A program made the translations under genes and the position numbers. The notes below the pieces were generated by a model. That model did no database searches, was not told the origin of the DNA, and saw only the letters and a program-made list of their open reading frames with translations. A stretch of DNA of 10,420 bases, taken from Candidatus Methylomirabilis sp. GTDB taxonomy: Bacteria; Methylomirabilota; Methylomirabilia; Methylomirabilales; Methylomirabilaceae. Every line of letters begins with the position of its first letter. The stretch's first letter is position 1. The stretch spans positions 1 to 10,420 of the forward strand of contig JBGQJI010000087.1 of assembly GCA_041498975.1 (NCBI GenBank), given 5' to 3'. Shown one piece after another: positions 7,134-10,420 of the stretch.

Positions 7134-7379
7134 ATGAGCGAGCGCCATCAGCAGGTGGCCGAATCCCTCGATTTGAAGGGTGAGGTCTGCCCCTACACCT
7201 TTGTCAAGAGCAAGCTGGCGCTGGAGGAGATGGAAAGCGGCCAGGTGCTGAGAGTGATCGTAGATAACCGAGGCTCGGCCGAAAACGTCCCTAGAAGCTT
7301 GACCAGTGAGGGGCACCAGATCCTGGACGTGTCACAATTGAACGAAACGGACTGGGCGATCACGGTGAAAAAGGCCTGA
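7134..7379 (+). CDS. Second TusA/SirA-family sulfur carrier, CPYT motif
   Basis: GGAGGA RBS. Sequence SLDLKGEVCPYTFVKSKLALEEMESGQVLRVIVD...ENVPRSLTSEGH, 81 aa. Confidence 0.92.
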   Translation: MSERHQQVAESLDLKGEVCPYTFVKSKLALEEMESGQVLRVIVDNRGSAENVPRSLTSEGHQILDVSQLNETDWAITVKKA

Positions 7380-7501
7380 TGCGCGCAGCGTCAGCCGTTG
7401 AATCACTCTCGGCAGCAGGCAAGATGGGGGAAGACGGAACTTCGGGCAGCCTGACGGGTTGAAGCGACCCGGGCACGGGACTGACGACAAAGGGGACATG
7501 G

Positions 7502-8437
7502 ATGAAATCAGCCGATATTCTCGATGCCATCGGTAAGACGCCGCTGGTGGAGCTTACGCGGATCAGTCCCAAGAAAGGGGTCAGGATCTTCGCCAAGATG
7601 GAGGGAAACAACCCCACCGGGAGCCTGAAGGATCGGATCGCGAAGTACATGATCGAGCAGGCTGAACGGAGCGGCGAGCTGACGAAGGACAAGACGATCT
7701 TGGAGCCGACAAGCGGCAACACCGGCATCGCCCTGGCCATGATCGGGCGAAGGAAAGGGTATAAGGTCAAGGTCGTGATCCCGGAGAACGCCACACCGGA
7801 GCGGCGCCAACTCCTGGAGATCTTCGGCGCCGAGATGATCTACTCTGATGGGACGAAAGGGAGCAACGGCGCCATCGAGCTGGCTCAGAGGCTGGTCGCC
7901 CAGGATGCATCCCTCTACATGCCATACCAGTACGGCAATCCCGCCAACCCCCTCGCCCACTATGAGACGACCGGTGTGGAGATCTTGAACGACCTGCCGG
8001 AAATCGACGTCTTCGTGGCCGGCCTTGGCACAGGCGGAACCCTGATGGGTGTGGGCCGACGGCTGAAAGAAGTCAATCCCAAGACCAAGGTCATCGCTGT
8101 CGAGCCTCATCCCGGCGATCTGGTCCAGGGGCTTCGCAGCCTGGAAGAAGGTTTCATTCCGCCCATCCTCGACACAAGCCTGCTGGACGGAAAGATCATG
8201 GTTGACTCCCGCTGCGCCTTTGCCGCCACCCGGGACCTGACCAATAAGGAAGGGATCTTCGCAGGGGTCTCCTCGGGGGCTGTGGTTCATGTCGCCATCC
8301 GGATGGCGCACCGGCTGGAGGAGGGAAACATCGTCGTCATCCTCTGTGATGGCGGATGGAAGTACGTGAGCCTTGGCGTATGGCACAAGGAGTTTCCGGA
8401 GCTCGGTGAAAATATGTACAGCCATCTCTGGTGGTAG
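7502..8437 (+). CDS. cysM: CysM-type PLP-dependent cysteine synthase (probably sulfur-carrier-dependent O-phosphoserine sulfhydrylase)
   Basis: Motifs NNPTGSLKDRIA, EPTSGNTGI, YQYGNPANPLAHYETTG, GLGTGGTLMG, GLRSLEEGFIP and DGGWKY, with C-terminal HLWW. These resemble actinobacterial CysM. Neighbours are a CysO-like carrier, an E1 and Mec. Confidence 0.88.
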   Translation: MKSADILDAIGKTPLVELTRISPKKGVRIFAKMEGNNPTGSLKDRIAKYMIEQAERSGELTKDKTILEPTSGNTGIALAMIGRRKGYKVKVVIPENATPERRQLLEIFGAEMIYSDGTKGSNGAIELAQRLVAQDASLYMPYQYGNPANPLAHYETTGVEILNDLPEIDVFVAGLGTGGTLMGVGRRLKEVNPKTKVIAVEPHPGDLVQGLRSLEEGFIPPILDTSLLDGKIMVDSRCAFAATRDLTNKEGIFAGVSSGAVVHVAIRMAHRLEEGNIVVILCDGGWKYVSLGVWHKEFPELGENMYSHLWW

Positions 8438-8438
8438 G

Positions 8439-8915
8439 ATGGACCTTACTCAGGACGCCTTGAAAGAGATCTTCGCCCACGCCGAGGAGGGCTACCCCGA
8501 CGAAGTCTGCGGGATCGTGCTCGGGAAGGGGAGCGATCCGAACACGCATCTGGTCCGCCGATGCGCCAATCTCGCGAACCAGCATCATCAGGAAGATCCG
8601 GTTCGCTTTCCCAGAGATGCCAGGACCGCGTATGTCATGGACCCTCAGGACCTTCTGCGCATCCAGCGCGAAGCCGATACCAAGGGGCTTGACTTCCTTG
8701 TCATCTATCATTCCCACACGGATCATGAGGCATACTTCTCCAAGACCGACAAAGAGCTGGCGCTGTTCGATGGGGAGCCGATGTGGCCTCATGCGCGGTA
8801 CATGGTGATTTCTGTCAAGGACCATAATGTATCTTATTATAAGGTATTTAGATGGGATTCTCTACTAAACGACTTTATAGATGAGCCGTCCTCCGTTTTG
8901 AAGGCAAGCCGGTAG
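8439..8915 (+). CDS. mec: JAMM/MPN+ (M67) metalloprotease, Mec-like CysO-cysteine peptidase
   Basis: ATG 8439 lies one base after the cysM stop. Motifs HAEEGYPDEVCG and YHSHTDHEAYFSKTD (E...HxH-x7-S-x2-D). 158 aa. Confidence 0.92.
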   Translation: MDLTQDALKEIFAHAEEGYPDEVCGIVLGKGSDPNTHLVRRCANLANQHHQEDPVRFPRDARTAYVMDPQDLLRIQREADTKGLDFLVIYHSHTDHEAYFSKTDKELALFDGEPMWPHARYMVISVKDHNVSYYKVFRWDSLLNDFIDEPSSVLKASR

Positions 8916-9012
8916 CCTCTTTTTGGCCCGCGGTTCTTGATGGTTTCAATCGACGTACTCGCACATGTAGACGTTGACGACTGACCGGAGGAATGTGCCA
9001 CCAGCGAAGGGA

Positions 9013-10420
9013 ATGGCGGTGAGCGACCCACGGTTGGACGAAACCAAGGCGCAAAGGATTGAGCGCCTGAAGAAGGAAAAGAACCCGTGGGAGTGCTTCG
9101 ACGAAATCCGCCGCTTCGCCCGAGAGGGGTTTCAAGCGATTCCGGCAGAATGGCTGGCCAGCTACCTCCGGTGGTGGGGGGTGTATACGCAGGGGGACGG
9201 GATCGGCGCGGTTGGAGGGAAGGGGGGGGAGGGAAAATCCACGCCGTACTTCATGGTGCGCATCCGCATCCCGAATGGGTTTCTGCTTGCCCATCAACTG
9301 CGTACCATTGCTGACCTTGCCGCACAGCACGCCCGCGGCGTCGCCGACCTCAGCGTCCGGCAGAACATCCAACTGCACTGGGTCACGATCGAGGACCTGC
9401 CCGAGCTTCTTGAGTCTCTCTGGAGATGCGGAATCACGACGATGGGTTCGTGCGGCGACGATACGCGGAACATCACCGGCTGCCCGCTTGCCGGTGTGGA
9501 CGGTGATGAACTCGTCGATGCCTCGCCCCTGGTCCATGCGGCGACTCGCCTGTTGAACGGGAACGCGGAGTTTTATAACCTGCCGCGCAAGTACAAGATC
9601 TGCATCAGTGGTTGCCGCGCCTGGTGTGCCTACCCCGAGATCAATGACATCGGAATGACCGCCGTCGGGCATCCGAAGTCCGGCGAGATCGGGTTCTCAG
9701 TGCGGGTCGGCGGGGGACTTTCCACGCAGCCTCACCTGGGCGTTCGGCTGAATGTCTTTGTGCGCTGGGACCAGGTGCTGCCGGTCGTGAAAGGTATCAC
9801 GGAAACCTTCCGCGATTCAGACATCTTGCGCCAGGATAGGGAAAAGGCGCGGATGAAATTCCTGTTCCTCACCCATGGGTGGACCGCCGAACGATTTCAG
9901 AAGGAGGTGGAACGCCGCACCGGCTTTTTCCTCGACCCGGCCGTGCCGGAAGAGCCGCCGGACGATGTCTACCGCGACCACGTCGGCGTTCACCCGCAGA
10001 AGCAGCACGGGTATTACTATGCGGGCGTTCCCGTCCTTCGCGGGCGGATGACCGCCGAGCAGATGCAGGGGATGGCGGGTCTTGCCGATCGCTATGGCAG
10101 CGGCGAGCTGCGCATCACCGTTATGCAGAACCTGGTGATCCCGAACATCCGGCAGTCGCACATACAGGCGCTCAAAGAGGAGATCAACCAGACAGGTCTG
10201 CGACTCGAGGCGTCACCCTTCTGGCGAGGCACGATCGCCTGCACGGGGACGGAATTCTGCAAGCTCGCCTTGACGGAGACCAAAGGGTTTGCCGGATGGC
10301 TGGTGGAAGAGCTCGAGCGACGGATGCCGGGCTTCGACCAGCACGTCAAGATCCACGTCACCGGCTGTCCGAATAGCTGCGGGCAGCAGTGGATCGCCGA
10401 CATCGGGATCGAGGGGAAGA
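9013..10420 (+). CDS. Ferredoxin-dependent sulfite/nitrite reductase (siroheme-[4Fe-4S] hemoprotein, Sir/NirA family), 3'-truncated
   Basis: Missing from the ORF track because it runs off the window. Frame reads LRWWGVYTQ, FMVRIRIPNG, RQNIQLHW, SCGDDTRNITGCP, NLPRKYK, IACTGTEFCKLA and HVTGCPNSCGQ. Start is uncertain (GTG 8995, ATG 9013 or GTG 9019). Sulfite specificity is inferred from context. Confidence 0.93.
   Translation, partial: MAVSDPRLDETKAQRIERLKKEKNPWECFDEIRRFAREGFQAIPAEWLASYLRWWGVYTQGDGIGAVGGKGGEGKSTPYFMVRIRIPNGFLLAHQLRTIADLAAQHARGVADLSVRQNIQLHWVTIEDLPELLESLWRCGITTMGSCGDDTRNITGCPLAGVDGDELVDASPLVHAATRLLNGNAEFYNLPRKYKICISGCRAWCAYPEINDIGMTAVGHPKSGEIGFSVRVGGGLSTQPHLGVRLNVFVRWDQVLPVVKGITETFRDSDILRQDREKARMKFLFLTHGWTAERFQKEVERRTGFFLDPAVPEEPPDDVYRDHVGVHPQKQHGYYYAGVPVLRGRMTAEQMQGMAGLADRYGSGELRITVMQNLVIPNIRQSHIQALKEEINQTGLRLEASPFWRGTIACTGTEFCKLALTETKGFAGWLVEELERRMPGFDQHVKIHVTGCPNSCGQQWIADIGIEGK

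Noticed and set aside
5901..7316. Long minus-strand ORF of 471 aa (also 7508..8425, 3177..3983, 8875..9672, 172..720 and others)
   Set aside because: Antisense shadows of well-supported + strand genes in GC-rich DNA, with no recognisable motifs.
7379..7501. Short frame from ATG 7379 with TGA at 7460-7462, in frame with cysM (possible second Sec readthrough)
   Set aside because: The peptide resembles no Cys/redox motif. There is no correctly placed SECIS, since the hairpin encloses the UGA. cysM has its own RBS and a normal N-terminus.
2820..8915. Ubl + E1 + JAMM read as an antiphage ubiquitination system (CBASS Cap2/Cap3 or Bil-like)
   Set aside because: No E2, CD-NTase or effector genes. 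The context (cysK, cysM, rhodanese, TusA, sulfite reductase) indicates sulfur transfer.
1..10420. CRISPR arrays, tRNA/rRNA genes, transposase or integrase genes, and sel machinery genes
   Set aside because: None seen in the window. selA/B/C/D would have to lie elsewhere in the genome.

Overview
GC-rich bacterial window with every credible gene on the + strand. It opens with the 3' part of a bactofilin gene and a translationally coupled zinc-ribbon protein. After a ~580-bp non-coding gap comes what looks like one long sulfur-assimilation operon: Rrf2 regulator (CymR/IscR-like), cysK, a CysO/MoaD-like ubiquitin-fold sulfur carrier fused in frame to a MoeB/ThiF E1 enzyme, a YeeE/YedE (TsuA-like) thiosulfate transporter, an exported two-domain rhodanese, TusA/YeeD #1, a secreted 7-blade YVTN beta-propeller, TusA #2, a mycobacterial-type CysM, a Mec-like JAMM protease, and a ferredoxin-type sulfite/nitrite reductase that runs off the end. 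Standout feature: the YeeE gene, split in two by the ORF track, is one reading frame with an in-frame TGA at the conserved central Cys (GG-U-ASG), followed by a bacterial SECIS-like hairpin. It is therefore very probably a selenocysteine-containing membrane transporter. Also notable are the Ubl-E1 polyprotein that needs proteolytic maturation, a ~106-bp MITE-like element between the regulator and cysK, and candidate Rrf2 operators around a strong sigma70-type promoter. All family assignments come from motif recognition by eye; no database search was run.
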